This document shows, piece after piece, positions 40,775 to 54,878 of a stretch of DNA of 64,000 nt (position 1 is its first letter; each line of letters begins with the position of its first letter). The stretch lies in NCBI GenBank assembly GCA_963765495.1, contig CAVXWP010000008.1:512001-576000 (forward strand), in the 5' to 3' direction. The translations under genes were made by a program, and so were the position numbers. The DNA comes from Blastocatellia bacterium (GTDB taxonomy: Bacteria; Acidobacteriota; Blastocatellia; UBA7656). Under the pieces are notes generated by a model that was not told the DNA's origin, ran no database searches, and saw only the letters and a program-made list of their open reading frames with translations.

Positions 40775-42793
40775 TCATTTATTCTGTTTGATGTGAAACA
40801 CCTTATCGCCGATAGTGATGTCAGCCACACGGGCTGAGTCAAGGTTGTTTTTGCTTACGGTGAAGGAGACGGTCCCGTTGCCGATGCCGCAGCAGGCCGA
40901 GGTTAAAGTGATCCAGTCGGCCTTGAAACTGGTCTTCCATGCGCACTGCGCCCCGGTCGTAATCGTAATCGTCCCCGTTCCGCCAAGCGACGAGAAAGTC
41001 GCGCCGGTTGGAGAGATTGTATAAGCGCAGCTTGCGGGAGCCCGCCCTTCCTGCGTCACGGTAAATGTTCGGCTTGCGACCGTAATTGTCCCCTGTCGGG
41101 GGCTGGATGAAGTGTTGTCTCGGACAACATAATCGACCTTGCCGTTTCCGGTACCACCTCCCGAAATCAGGTTTATCCAGGGAGAATTGCTTACTGCCGT
41201 CCAGGTGAACCCGCTCGGGGCCGTAACATCTATCCTGCCCTGCCCGCCACGTGACGAAAATCCTTGCCCCGCAGGCGAGACCGTAGTCAGGACCGATTGG
41301 ACCGCAGCCAGGATGTTTATCCGACCATATCCGAAAACATTGTTTGGAAATCCGCTGCTGCTGCACGATGTAGAGTTGAGGTGAACGGCTGCGTTATTAA
41401 GAACCATCTCGATGGCATCTACATTGCCGCGCAGTGAAGGTTGAGCCGAAAGCAGGAGAGCCACAGCCCCGGCAACGTGCGGAGTAGCCATAGAAGTGCC
41501 GCTCAAAGAGACATAACCCGCTATGTTACTGCCGGAGCAAGACCTTGTGCTGGTCCCGGGCGCAGAGATGTCGGGTTTGGTTCGATTGCTGCCGTCGGCA
41601 AGCACAGGCCCGCGACTGCTGAAAGAAGCAATATTATCGGTCCCGGTGTTGAGCGCGCCGACCGAGTAAGAGGCGTCATAAATTGCGGGCGGGTCACTTA
41701 TGGTTGAGCACGACGGCCCCGAATTGGTCGCCGCCACGACCGTCATTATTCCTGCCGCCCGCTGAGCTTCGATGGCGGCCTGGATTGAATTTGCAGAACA
41801 ACCCTCGGAAGGCGGGCAGGACCACGAATTAGTAGTAACATCCGGGGCTTTTGTGGGATCGCCCTGCGCGGGTGTTCCCCCAACAGGATACGGCGCAAGG
41901 AAGAACTCGAAACATTCGATATATCTGGCCGGGGTGCCATCCCCCTGATCCATATTTCGGCAGCCGATCCATTTGGCTCCGGGAGCCATGCCTATTTGAT
42001 TTGTTCCGCCGTCGTCACCCGTGGCCGTTCCCATCGTGTGGGTCCCGTGTCCGCTGTCATCACACGGCTGTGTAGAGTTTGCCCCGCACGCCCCCCCTCC
42101 CGTATGAATGCTGTCGTGCCAGTTATAATTATGATCCGCCGTAGACCCGTTCCAGCCGCGATACTTGTTCTTTACCGCATTGTGAGTCCACAAATACCCC
42201 GTGTCAGCCCCGCCTATCACAATCCCCTGCCCCGTATAACCCAGAGCCCAGACCGAAGGCGCATTTGTGTAGCTGATACCCGGCTCAATCGACTCGGGAG
42301 CATTTCCATTCTCCGGCAACTGAATGGGGTCAGGTTGTTCCAGATTATTATGTATTGTAGGGTTGCCTTCGATGGCGACGACATCGGGCCGCGATGCCAG
42401 TTCTATTGCAACGTCCAGGGTTGCCTTAACCCAGATAAGATTGACGATATAGTAGGAGCGATGTTCGATGTTCCGCTTCGTGAGCCATTCAATGATAGGA
42501 CCCTGTGTGGCTTGCGCCATATTCCATAAGGAATCACGTACGAATCTCGCCTTCTCTGCCTTTGTAGACAGGTCCTCGGCTCGGCTCAAGTTAGCCTGTT
42601 CGGTGAGAACAACAAGAAATTCAATCTCTTTGCCGGATGCCCCTGAATCTCTTACCCATTGAGCTACTTTGCTCATCGTGGCCGCGTCTCGCTGAGGCAC
42701 CCAGTACCCTTCGGTCTTCATCGACGCAAACATCGAAAATACAAAGAGCAAGGCCGCAAAATACTGTATTCTGAAAATGGACCTTATACGCAT
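40775..42793 (-). CDS. Secreted S8 subtilase (bacillopeptidase F-like) with two BACON domains
   Basis: ADTG, HGTHTMG, SGTSMATPHVAG triad; WTAVSNSPWI and WKTSFKADWI BACON repeats. Confidence 0.92.
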   Translation of the reverse strand: MRIRSIFRIQYFAALLFVFSMFASMKTEGYWVPQRDAATMSKVAQWVRDSGASGKEIEFLVVLTEQANLSRAEDLSTKAEKARFVRDSLWNMAQATQGPIIEWLTKRNIEHRSYYIVNLIWVKATLDVAIELASRPDVVAIEGNPTIHNNLEQPDPIQLPENGNAPESIEPGISYTNAPSVWALGYTGQGIVIGGADTGYLWTHNAVKNKYRGWNGSTADHNYNWHDSIHTGGGACGANSTQPCDDSGHGTHTMGTATGDDGGTNQIGMAPGAKWIGCRNMDQGDGTPARYIECFEFFLAPYPVGGTPAQGDPTKAPDVTTNSWSCPPSEGCSANSIQAAIEAQRAAGIMTVVAATNSGPSCSTISDPPAIYDASYSVGALNTGTDNIASFSSRGPVLADGSNRTKPDISAPGTSTRSCSGSNIAGYVSLSGTSMATPHVAGAVALLLSAQPSLRGNVDAIEMVLNNAAVHLNSTSCSSSGFPNNVFGYGRINILAAVQSVLTTVSPAGQGFSSRGGQGRIDVTAPSGFTWTAVSNSPWINLISGGGTGNGKVDYVVRDNTSSSPRQGTITVASRTFTVTQEGRAPASCAYTISPTGATFSSLGGTGTITITTGAQCAWKTSFKADWITLTSACCGIGNGTVSFTVSKNNLDSARVADITIGDKVFHIKQNK

Positions 42794-42932
42794 GAATTCT
42801 CCTAATAATGAGTCGTTAGTAAGCATCCAGATATCGGCTCACCTGCACGAAGTAAATAACATAGGCAATCTCAGAGAGTCAATCAAATCGAACGTTCTGG
42901 AACCGTCATCACTCAACTCAGCACGGCCATTC

Positions 42933-42970
42933 AATCCTCAGATTGCTGAGGTCTCGGCAATCTGAGGATT
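42933..42970. terminator. Long hairpin downstream of the UbiD-family gene
   Basis: AATCCTCAGATTGC-TGAG-GT-CTCG-GCAATCTGAGGATT. Confidence 0.55.
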
Positions 42971-43083
42971 GCTCTATTAGAGGCTTTGCGGATTTTCCCA
43001 GTTTCGAGCATATATTTCTCGCCCCTACAATTGTCAGGCTATGTACGCAAAGAGTCCCAAAAGAATATGACCGCCCTGCAACA

Positions 43084-44532
<1,449 letters not shown>

Positions 44533-44914
44533 TTTTCCAACCCCTTTTTTATTAAGAATTCAGAGCGTAACACGTGGGTCATTGTAAGACAAATATTTGC
44601 TCTTGCACCCAAAGAGACAGGCGGACGTTGACTGAGAGGCGTTACATCCTGCTGGTTTCAAATGCTTTGATTGACGGGCGCATGGGGTTCCCTTCGGGGC
44701 AAATGTATTCAGAGGTGAGTTCTCTTTACGGATAAAATACCTGGGAGTTTAGGAAGTGTAACTATACTAGAAATTATATATTTAGATCTTGGAATATTTA
44801 TACTAAAGATTAAAGAAACAAGATATTTTAGGGTTTGGAAACAGAATGAAGAATCCTATTATGAAGCTTATAAGCATAAACTAATCATGGAGAATTAGTG
44901 GATCAGTTGACATG

Positions 44915-44975
44915 AACGTTGCCATCTCATCATGTTACACAAGTTACCAGCGCGCCGCTGAATTCGTAGTTAGGC
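44915..44975 (+). repeat. attC site, 3' half only
   Basis: GCGCGCCGCTGAATTCGTA-GTTAGGC (L' box plus R' GTTRRRY). Confidence 0.7.
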
Positions 44976-45029
44976 TTTTATCGTTTCCCCAGTCGTCATT
45001 TCTTAGATTTACATATATAATCCTCCATT

Positions 45030-45233
45030 ATGAAACTTAAGGTTATCGTCCATCAGGCTGACGAAGGCGGTTTCTGGGCCGAGGTTCCTTCAATTCCTGG
45101 CTGTGCTACTCAAGCCGATTCATTTGAGGAACTTTTACAAAACATTTATGAAGCAGTTGAAGGCTGTCTCTCAGTTGATCTTTCTCCCTCACAACTTTCT
45201 GAGCAGGACCGTATTCTGGAAATCGCAGTATGA
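45030..45233 (+). CDS. hicB: HicB-family antitoxin (short, no DNA-binding domain)
   Basis: [32 protein letters not shown]. Confidence 0.9.
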   Translation: MKLKVIVHQADEGGFWAEVPSIPGCATQADSFEELLQNIYEAVEGCLSVDLSPSQLSEQDRILEIAV

Positions 45234-45436
45234 AGGCCATATCAGGCAAGGAGTTCATAAAGATTATTGAGCGAAGGGGCTGGACTTTGCTTAGAGTGCA
45301 AGGAAGCCACTACATTTACGGGAAGACAGGAAGTAACATCCGGCTTTCTATTCCAGTGCATGGGAATCAGGCTCTCAAGACGGGTTTGCTCAGACATTTC
45401 ATGAAAATGGCAGACATTTCAGAGGATGAATTGTAA
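45230..45436 (+). CDS. hicA: HicA-family toxin
   Basis: [28 protein letters not shown]; ATGA overlap with hicB. Confidence 0.92.
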   Translation: MKAISGKEFIKIIERRGWTLLRVQGSHYIYGKTGSNIRLSIPVHGNQALKTGLLRHFMKMADISEDEL

Positions 45437-45504
45437 GCTGCCGGCCTTACAAGATATATCAAAGGAGTTCGATGATAAGAGGGGAAATATGGCCCACGGA
45501 AGCA

Positions 45505-45589
45505 GCCTAACGGCTCATTCCAGCGGACGCGCATTCCAACGTTTCATTATCCCTTCGGCCACAGCGCGCCGCTGAATCCGTCGTTAGGC
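45505..45589 (+). repeat. Complete 85-bp attC site
   Basis: GCCTAAC...ATTC(C)AGCGG(A)CGCGC...GCGCGCCGCTGAAT...GTTAGGC: complementary R boxes and two unpaired bases in the left arm. Confidence 0.88.
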
Positions 45590-45671
45590 GATCTTCGCAA
45601 TAGTATTCTTATCCTTAAAATTGTAAAATTCGGACGTTTCGTAAAATGCAAGGAAATCTGAGACAAATTAT

Positions 45672-46838
45672 ATGCCGTTTATTCAAGAGCCGCTTTATAT
45701 CGTCACCATTTTGCTTCTCCTGATCGCCGTTTCGGAATGGCTGGCGGAAAAGAGTTTTTTCAAACATATCGGCTCGGTTTTGATAATCATCATCGCCGCC
45801 GCCGTTTTGGCGAATATAGGCGTGATTCCTTCCAGCTATAACGCGCCGCCGCTTTACGACGGCATTTTTCAATACGCCGCGCCAATCGGAATTTTCTTTC
45901 TTCTGCTCGAAGTAAAATTGAAAGATTTGAAATTTGCTGGTTTTCCAATGCTCTTGATGTTTTTTATCGGCGCGGTTGCGACGATGATTGCAGTGATTGT
46001 CGGGTACAAAATCGTTTCGCCGCAGAATCATTTCAGCTCCGCTTATGCCGTGGCCGGAATGTACACGGGAACCTATACTGGCGGAAGCGCAAATTTGAAC
46101 GCCGTCGCGCTCAATTACGGCGTGAACAAGGACGGCGTTTTGTACGCGGCGGTCAACGCGGTTGACAATATTTTGACAACCGTCTGGATGATCTTGACAC
46201 TTCTTTTGCCCTCGCTCTTCCAGAAATTTTTCCCGCGAGAAAGAAACATCCCTCCCCAAATCGCAAATCTTTCCGATGAAGAAATTAGAGAGCGGATTAC
46301 GCAAAACACGAATGCAATCGGTTTGGCCGATATTGTGATTCTGCTCGCGCTCGGTTTCGGAACTCTTTTTGTTGCAACAAAAATCAATGCAAGCCTGCCG
46401 GGGCTTCCCTCGATAATAGTTTTAACGACGCTCGCGCTGATTCTTGCGCAAATTCCGTTTGTGCAAAGGCTTCAGGGGGGTAGAATTCTGGGCTATCTTT
46501 TGATAATGCTTTTTCTGGCGGTCATCGGCGCGCTTTGCGACATCAAGGCTCTTCGGAGCAGCGGCGATGTTGCCGGAACTCTGTTGATTTGGGTGACGAT
46601 TATCGTTTTTTTGCACGGAATGATTATTTTCACGGTTGGTGGTTTGCTGAAACAGGATTGGGATATGGTTTCGATTGCTTCAAACGCGAATATCGGCGGC
46701 GCGACGAGCGCGCCCGTCTGCGCGGTGAGTCTCGGTCGTCCCGATCTACAATTGCCCGGACTGCTCGTCGGAACGGTAGGCAACGCCGTCGGAACCTACA
46801 TGGGGATTCTGGTCGCCGAGTTATTGAAAAATAACTGA
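45672..46838 (+). CDS. DUF819-family integral membrane protein
   Basis: About 11 TM segments; GTYTGGSAN, ASNANIGG, GNAVGTY motifs. Confidence 0.8.
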   Translation: MPFIQEPLYIVTILLLLIAVSEWLAEKSFFKHIGSVLIIIIAAAVLANIGVIPSSYNAPPLYDGIFQYAAPIGIFFLLLEVKLKDLKFAGFPMLLMFFIGAVATMIAVIVGYKIVSPQNHFSSAYAVAGMYTGTYTGGSANLNAVALNYGVNKDGVLYAAVNAVDNILTTVWMILTLLLPSLFQKFFPRERNIPPQIANLSDEEIRERITQNTNAIGLADIVILLALGFGTLFVATKINASLPGLPSIIVLTTLALILAQIPFVQRLQGGRILGYLLIMLFLAVIGALCDIKALRSSGDVAGTLLIWVTIIVFLHGMIIFTVGGLLKQDWDMVSIASNANIGGATSAPVCAVSLGRPDLQLPGLLVGTVGNAVGTYMGILVAELLKNN

Positions 46839-46963
46839 GCTTATTAGCAGCGATAGAGTTTCCGGCGCGCTCGTGGCATCCTTTGCAAATAGAACTTCGC
46901 GAAGTTTGATAGTTCAAAATACTGAATTGAAATTGATAAGGGTGAAACGCGGCTAGGGCAACC

Positions 46964-46985
46964 AGCTAACCGCTCATTCCGGCCG
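46964..46985 (+). repeat. attC 5' stub
   Basis: AGCTAACCGCTCATTCC matches the start of attC 45505, then diverges. Confidence 0.5.
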
Positions 46986-47392
46986 TCATCTATTTGTATC
47001 GCATAAAAAAGCCGCGGGCATTGTTAAAAAGATCGGTCGCGCAAGCAATCTGCCGCCTCAACGACAGCCATTCTCAAACTAGATCGCTGTCCGATATCCC
47101 CAATCGCCTCGGCCGATTCAACGCCTCGCACCGCAACCGCACCTCGCTCGCATGGTTCGTGATCATTCAACTCTTCACACACTCCAAATCGACTCGCGGC
47201 AATCGCGGACATGCTGTCTCCACAAATCATTATCATAGCAAACGCTCTATCGGATTTTGTTCGGCAAATGCGGCTGAAGGATGTCGTTGGCAATTGCGAA
47301 TGCGGCGATATGACGATACTCTTATGCAGTGATATCACTGCCTCAAATAAAGATAGCCAGGTGGGCAGTGAAACACGATGATTAGTATGTAG

Positions 47393-49693
<2,301 letters not shown>

Positions 49694-49744
49694 TTTCAGG
49701 AGAAACGTCTTCGAGGCTTCTGACAGGGAGACGAAACACGATGG

Positions 49745-50072
49745 GGCTTTGTTGAATAAATCCGTCGCGCGAGCAAATTGCCTCCCCTGGGTTTGTCGCA
49801 GCGGCAGATGAAAGACTTCTCTCAGCAGCAGGCATCATTGGATGGCGGCGTCGTTGAATTTCAGAGGTCTGCCGCGTCGGTTTGGCGGCACCCAACAGAG
49901 CCATTGGTCGATGGCGGGTTGCGACCCAGAGTGTGAGGCTACCGCGATTGCAGAGAGCTGAGTTATCGTCTTGCCAGTTACGGATGCGGTATTGAGGTTT
50001 GGTGTTCTTTTTGGTCACTATCGAAAGATATCAAACACACTGCATCCGTAACCTGATTTATTCAACAACGCC
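49745..50072 (-). mobile_element. Internally deleted IS5-family (IS903 group) element, 328 bp
   Basis: 18-bp TIRs GGCTTTGTTGAATAAATC / GATTTATTCAACAACGCC (1 mismatch); transposase N-terminal relic YRIRNWQDDNSALCNRGSLTLW. Confidence 0.82.
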
Positions 50073-50078
50073 TAACAC

Positions 50079-50106
50079 AGCTAACTGCCCATTCCAGCGG
50101 ACGCCT
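50079..50106 (+). repeat. attC 5' half
   Basis: AGCTAACTGCCCATTCCAGCGGACGCC. Confidence 0.6.
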
Positions 50107-50195
50107 ATACGACCTGGGCATAGAGAAGACGAGTAAATCGAAGTGAAACCGCTAACGCGGCCACGCAAGAACCTGCCAACAGCCTCTAAGCGCCG

Positions 50196-52418
50196 CTAGG
50201 GGGCGACCTCGAAGGGCGTCTCTTTGGTCAGCACGATTTTTGACTGTGGCTCTTTGACGAGAATACGAAGCGTGTAGAGGCCGGGCTTGAAATCAGGCGC
50301 TTTGAGGCGGCTGCCGAACTCAACCGCGTTGGGTTCCTTGTTCAAGATGAACGATGATAAGGGATGCCATGCGTCTTCCAGAACGATCTCCTCGTCTTGC
50401 AGAATCTGCCCCTGAATCATTACCCCGGCGGCATCCTCGTTGCCAAGCGCGGCTTTGTACGCTTTGCCGTAAAAGGTGATCATATCGCCACGTTGAAAAA
50501 CATTGATGCCGTTGTGAATGTCGGGTTGAATCAGGGTGATGTTGTGCGCGGCCCTGTTGCTGTTGCTTTCGCTCTGAGCCCTCGCGGTTGAGAGGCTGCC
50601 TAAGATCAGCTTTTTCGATTTCAGGTTGGGCACTTCCACCCACGCGGATGCTGTGCCCATCAAATCTGTCCGCGAGTCGCGCACGCCAACGCGAATCTGA
50701 TGCAGGCCCGGCTTCAAGGTGAGCCGCTTGACGTAACGAATAAGCTTGTCTTTGACCTGCTCCGGATGCTCGCCGGATAGACGAACCTGGATCACGTCCT
50801 GCACCATATCGGTGGTCGTGCCATCCGCATCCAGTATGCCGGTCAACATCAGCAAGTTGATCTCAGCGCCATTTTCCTGCTCTTTGTAGCCAAGTTTCTT
50901 GCCATTGATGAAGACAGTGAGCGACACCTGCATCTGATCAGTCGGCGTGTAGTAGAATTCGGCGTCTGCATCGACGTTGATGTCGGTGGTGACCAGCGGC
51001 TCGCCCATTGCTTTGATCAATGCTTCCGCCGGATCGACTACGGCCAATGGTTTTTCTTTGAACAGATCGCTAGCCAGATAACCGCTCTGAGTGCGGACGG
51101 TGTAATCCGGGTGGCCTTTGACGCGGACCTTGATGCTACGAAAGGTTTTCTTGTTATCGGCGTTTGCGGGGTAATAAGACAACTCATAATAAGAGCTGTT
51201 TTCATCCAGCGCCTTTCCCATCGCGCCGAGCAAATCATTGGTGGTCAGGAAAGCTTTGCCGCCGGTGCCTTTGGCGAGGGTTTCCATGCCGCTTTCCATC
51301 TCTCTTTCGCCCGCCGCGGAGTAAAGATGAAATTGCGAGATCACCTGCGGATCAGGCGGCAACTGAGTCCCGATGTCATACATGGCATTGCCCTTCAACC
51401 CTTTGGCGTTCACTGCGTAAATCACCACGCCGGAACGTGAGGCCCGGCTGATGGCCGCGCGCAAATCGTCCAAATCCACTGTGCCGCTGTTGTCGAGCGA
51501 AGTGAATCCATCCGTTGCAAACAGCACCAGCCGCTGGCCGGGCAGTTCGGCCAATCGCGCGGCGACGGCTTTGAGCGTGTCCAGCATCGCGCGCCGTCGA
51601 TAAGTCGCTTCAGCCATGATTTCCCCAGCCCTGGAAATCGTGATGTCTCTAACGAGACTCTCGAAATGCTTGTCATCCGGCAGATGTTCTTCCTGCCGGA
51701 CAACGCTCATCGCCACAGCGGTGGCATCAGAGTCCCGGGCTTGCACCCTGGAGGCCAGAAAGGCGGTATACATACTCGAATACGAGCCCGGTGAAGTGCC
51801 GAGCCGATTCACTGCCGCGCGCAGCACCCGTTTGTCCTGCGTGAACTGGCTGAACAATCCCAGTCCGCCGCCGGTCGAGACGACCGCCGCGAGGTCTTCG
51901 TCGCCTAATTGCTCATCGATGAACTTCAACAAATCGCGTTTCAACCACAGCAAGCTCGAAGTGGACATATGCAATGTATCGACAAACATTACGACGGTAC
52001 GCTTCGGCCGCGTTGTCGGGGTGGCCTGGCGTCGGGCTGCCGGCGAGGAGCCGGGCAGATCAGGGGCACGGCGTTCAACGCTCAAGCGCTCGGCGGAAAA
52101 GAAGCTGATCAACTGCCCGCGCCCGTTTTCGAGAATCTCGAAATCTTCTTTGTTGAGATCAGTGACGACCTTGCCCTGTTTGTCTGTGACCACGGCGCGG
52201 ATCTCCATGAGATCAGCTTTCAGGTGGATAGACTGGTCTTGCGGATCAGGCTTGCCTTGCGCCTTTTTCTGCCGCGCTGAGGCGTCGGGCACAGAAACCG
52301 CCAGTATAAGCAGAACCAGCAGACCGATGATGCGCAAACGGTTTCGGCGCGCGTGCGGGTCAATGAAAATGGGATCCTTGCGCTTTGATTGCTTCGATTC
52401 AGTGAAGATGCTCATCAA
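50196..52418 (-). CDS. Secreted acidobacterial-type VWA-domain protein
   Basis: VVTDKQGKVVTDLNKEDFEILENG, FVDTLHMS, ATDGF, LAKGTGGKAF, YELSYYP..FRSIKVRV; start uncertain. Confidence 0.85.
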   Translation of the reverse strand: MMSIFTESKQSKRKDPIFIDPHARRNRLRIIGLLVLLILAVSVPDASARQKKAQGKPDPQDQSIHLKADLMEIRAVVTDKQGKVVTDLNKEDFEILENGRGQLISFFSAERLSVERRAPDLPGSSPAARRQATPTTRPKRTVVMFVDTLHMSTSSLLWLKRDLLKFIDEQLGDEDLAAVVSTGGGLGLFSQFTQDKRVLRAAVNRLGTSPGSYSSMYTAFLASRVQARDSDATAVAMSVVRQEEHLPDDKHFESLVRDITISRAGEIMAEATYRRRAMLDTLKAVAARLAELPGQRLVLFATDGFTSLDNSGTVDLDDLRAAISRASRSGVVIYAVNAKGLKGNAMYDIGTQLPPDPQVISQFHLYSAAGEREMESGMETLAKGTGGKAFLTTNDLLGAMGKALDENSSYYELSYYPANADNKKTFRSIKVRVKGHPDYTVRTQSGYLASDLFKEKPLAVVDPAEALIKAMGEPLVTTDINVDADAEFYYTPTDQMQVSLTVFINGKKLGYKEQENGAEINLLMLTGILDADGTTTDMVQDVIQVRLSGEHPEQVKDKLIRYVKRLTLKPGLHQIRVGVRDSRTDLMGTASAWVEVPNLKSKKLILGSLSTARAQSESNSNRAAHNITLIQPDIHNGINVFQRGDMITFYGKAYKAALGNEDAAGVMIQGQILQDEEIVLEDAWHPLSSFILNKEPNAVEFGSRLKAPDFKPGLYTLRILVKEPQSKIVLTKETPFEVAP

Positions 52419-52908
52419 TGCTAACCTTTCGGAGCCGCCATAAGATGCCCCGGTTTAGAGAATCAAATCCACGCCCGTCCGCACGATTACCTCAACAAAC
52501 ACCAGTGATCAAGCGTCTTCTTCCCATATCAGGTTGGGCACGAGCAATGGATTGACATAGGAAGCAGAAGGCGGAGACCGCTCACGCAGCTAGTTGTTCC
52601 CCATCCGTTGAGCTTGATCTAGCCTAATGAAAAACATCGCAGCAGGCAAGTATATTCCTAAGCGCGTAAGGATTACAGTTCACAATAGAAATCAATGATT
52701 TACAGGAAGCGGAAGTAACGGTCGTTTCTGTAACACGACACGCCGAGCCTACAACTTTCCGGTTACTCCGTTCGCCGGATTCAGGCCTCCAGGGGAATGA
52801 GACGCCTCCTTCAGCAGTGGAGGCCCCATTCCAAAAGTGGATGCTGCTTGGGAATCTATTTGAAAAATTCGAGAACACGAATTTCAGATTGGAGATCCGC
52901 TGAATCTG

Positions 52909-52993
52909 ATCTAACTGCTTCTTCCAGCGGATGCGCTTTCCAATTTCCCGTGTTACATCAACTGCCGGATTGGTGCTAAACTCGTCTTTAGCA
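52909..52993 (+). repeat. Degenerate attC site
   Basis: ATCTAACTGCTTCTTCCAGCGGATGCGCTTTCCAA...GCTAAACTCGTCTTTAGCA; same length as the intact sites, 3' arm decayed. Confidence 0.6.
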
Positions 52994-53056
52994 CGCTTCC
53001 CGGCATGACTTTCGTATGAAGCCACCCTACTAGAAGGATTGAAGGAGTGATGGCAA

Positions 53057-53953
53057 ATGAAAAACCTACTGTTCTTGCTCGTCTTATTCTTTTTCGCCAA
53101 TACGGTTTTCGCTCAGGAAGGCGGCAATCGAATTTACGGAAATAGTGGAAACCCCAACCAGCAGCGCCGCCAACCGTCAACTAATACAGGCAATTTATTG
53201 GCTAACCGCCCTAACGCATATTCAATCGAAGCGAGCGTATTACTGAATATGAAACCAGATGCCTTTGTGGCGGTTTTTGGTATCAATGAAGAGGCAAACG
53301 CTTCGGCTGAAAGCAACGAGCGAATCAATACGAAAATCAACGAATTCACAAGAGCCATAAGTTCCCTCGGCATCTCTCAAAACGATACTTTCGTTGATTT
53401 CATCACACAGAATCGTGTCTATGATTATACGGTGGAAGGCACAAAAGCGACGGAAACATTTTCAGGGTTTGAAACTAAGAAAACGATAGCCGTGCGCTAC
53501 AAAAGGCGAGACCTGTTTGAGAAAATTCTAACGGCGGCAGCAAATGTGCAAATATTCGACCTGATTAAAGTTGATTATATCGTTAGTAATTTCGACGCGG
53601 TTCACGACCGTTTGTTTGAAGAAGGTGTAAAAATCATCAAGGCCAAAGAAGCAAAATACACTAAATCTTTTGGCGTAAAACTCGAACCCTTCGGTTTAGC
53701 AAACGAAAAGTATGATGCATTTTATCCGTCGGAGAGTTACGAACGTTATCAAGCCTACGAAACGGGTGAGGCTTACACTGGTTACAACAATTCAAGTAAA
53801 GTTATCCAGCGCAAGAGCTTTACCTTCTTCTATCAGCCGCTTGACGGGAACCGTTTCGACCTTGTGATAAATGAGCTTGGCATTGAGCCGGTCGTGCAAT
53901 TTACTCTTTATTTGCGAATGGACTACAATACGGAAGGACCCAAAGAAAAATAA
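53057..53953 (+). CDS. Secreted SIMPL (DUF541)-like protein
   Basis: Signal peptide; NMKPDAFVAVFGI..E, GFETKKTIAV pattern; SD AAGGAG. Confidence 0.65.
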   Translation: MKNLLFLLVLFFFANTVFAQEGGNRIYGNSGNPNQQRRQPSTNTGNLLANRPNAYSIEASVLLNMKPDAFVAVFGINEEANASAESNERINTKINEFTRAISSLGISQNDTFVDFITQNRVYDYTVEGTKATETFSGFETKKTIAVRYKRRDLFEKILTAAANVQIFDLIKVDYIVSNFDAVHDRLFEEGVKIIKAKEAKYTKSFGVKLEPFGLANEKYDAFYPSESYERYQAYETGEAYTGYNNSSKVIQRKSFTFFYQPLDGNRFDLVINELGIEPVVQFTLYLRMDYNTEGPKEK

Positions 53954-53990
53954 TTTCACAGGAAGCTCTACCTGTCTCCCTGGCGGCAAA

Positions 53991-54058
53991 TGCGGACGCA
54001 CATTCCAACGCATTCTTTTCCACCAGCTACCTGCGCGCCGCTGAATTCGTAGTTCGAT
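53991..54058 (+). repeat. attC site with decayed 5' end
   Basis: GCGGACGCACATTCCAACG...GCGCGCCGCTGAATTCGTAGTTCGAT. Confidence 0.65.
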
Positions 54059-54084
54059 GGCCACGAGTGACTTTAGGAGTTGAG

Positions 54085-54621
54085 ATGCAATTGGCAAAGG
54101 CTTACTTCCATCTTGTAACGTTGGTCATGCTACTCACACTTGCCAGCACCTCCATCGTGGCGCAATGCCCTTTTGCACCGGATGGTTACTTCGTATTCGC
54201 AGGACCTGCCCCCAAAGGGTTCAATGATGTCGCATTGATAGCCCTCTGGGACTACCGGCGAAAGCGTGGCACCGAGTTGTCACCCGGTGTCTACCTCACG
54301 GACGCAAATGCGTTTGCGCTCGAGGAGTCGACCATTACGACAGGACCGAACGGACTGGGTTTCACGTGGGTGTTCAGTACATTTGAAAGCAACGGGGTTC
54401 GCTACGTCTTCGATGGACGGTTTCAGGATGTGTGCAATTTCGCCGATCCAAGCATCGGCAAGGCTGGGCGAGTTCTTCTCGAGGGGCGCTTAGAGAGGCG
54501 TGAGCACAATGTGACGATAGCGGCGGCTGATGCCAAGTTCGTCTTCTACGCGCGACTTCCTCCGAAGCTCAGGCGGTTGGCGCGATTTGCTGGCAGCCAC
54601 AAAGGCAAGCCGCTGAACTAG
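54085..54621 (+). CDS. Hypothetical secreted protein (gene-cassette ORF)
   Basis: SD AGGAG, signal peptide; starts about 27 nt after an attC core and stops inside the next attC. Confidence 0.65.
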   Translation: MQLAKAYFHLVTLVMLLTLASTSIVAQCPFAPDGYFVFAGPAPKGFNDVALIALWDYRRKRGTELSPGVYLTDANAFALEESTITTGPNGLGFTWVFSTFESNGVRYVFDGRFQDVCNFADPSIGKAGRVLLEGRLERREHNVTIAAADAKFVFYARLPPKLRRLARFAGSHKGKPLN

Positions 54622-54703
54622 CGGTTGCAGCGGAGACGGCGCAATCGATGCTGTTCGTTCATCCAGGGGGTTCGCGCCAGCCCGCTGAACCTCATCGTTA
54701 TGC
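54612..54703 (+). repeat. attC site of a second sequence type
   Basis: GCTGAAC..GGTTGCAGCGG..GGCGC...GCGCC..CCGCTGAACC..GTTATGC. Confidence 0.72.
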
Positions 54704-54878
54704 TGCTCGATTTTCCAGCAATTCTTTGTCTGGATGGCACACGAATTATTTCGCTTTTCCCTATGGATTCATGTTCCCAATTGATTATCATTGCGATTCT
54801 ATATAGAATCAGAACCCGTTAGAAATCCTTATTTTCTGGTTAGTGACTGATCCAATTTATGCAATGGTTGAAGGAGTG

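Noticed and set aside
52624-53100. 158-aa minus-strand ORF
   Set aside because: Crosses an attC and the SIMPL start antisense; no protein-like motif
54735-54752. TGGCAC as a sigma54 promoter
   Set aside because: No GC at the -12 position
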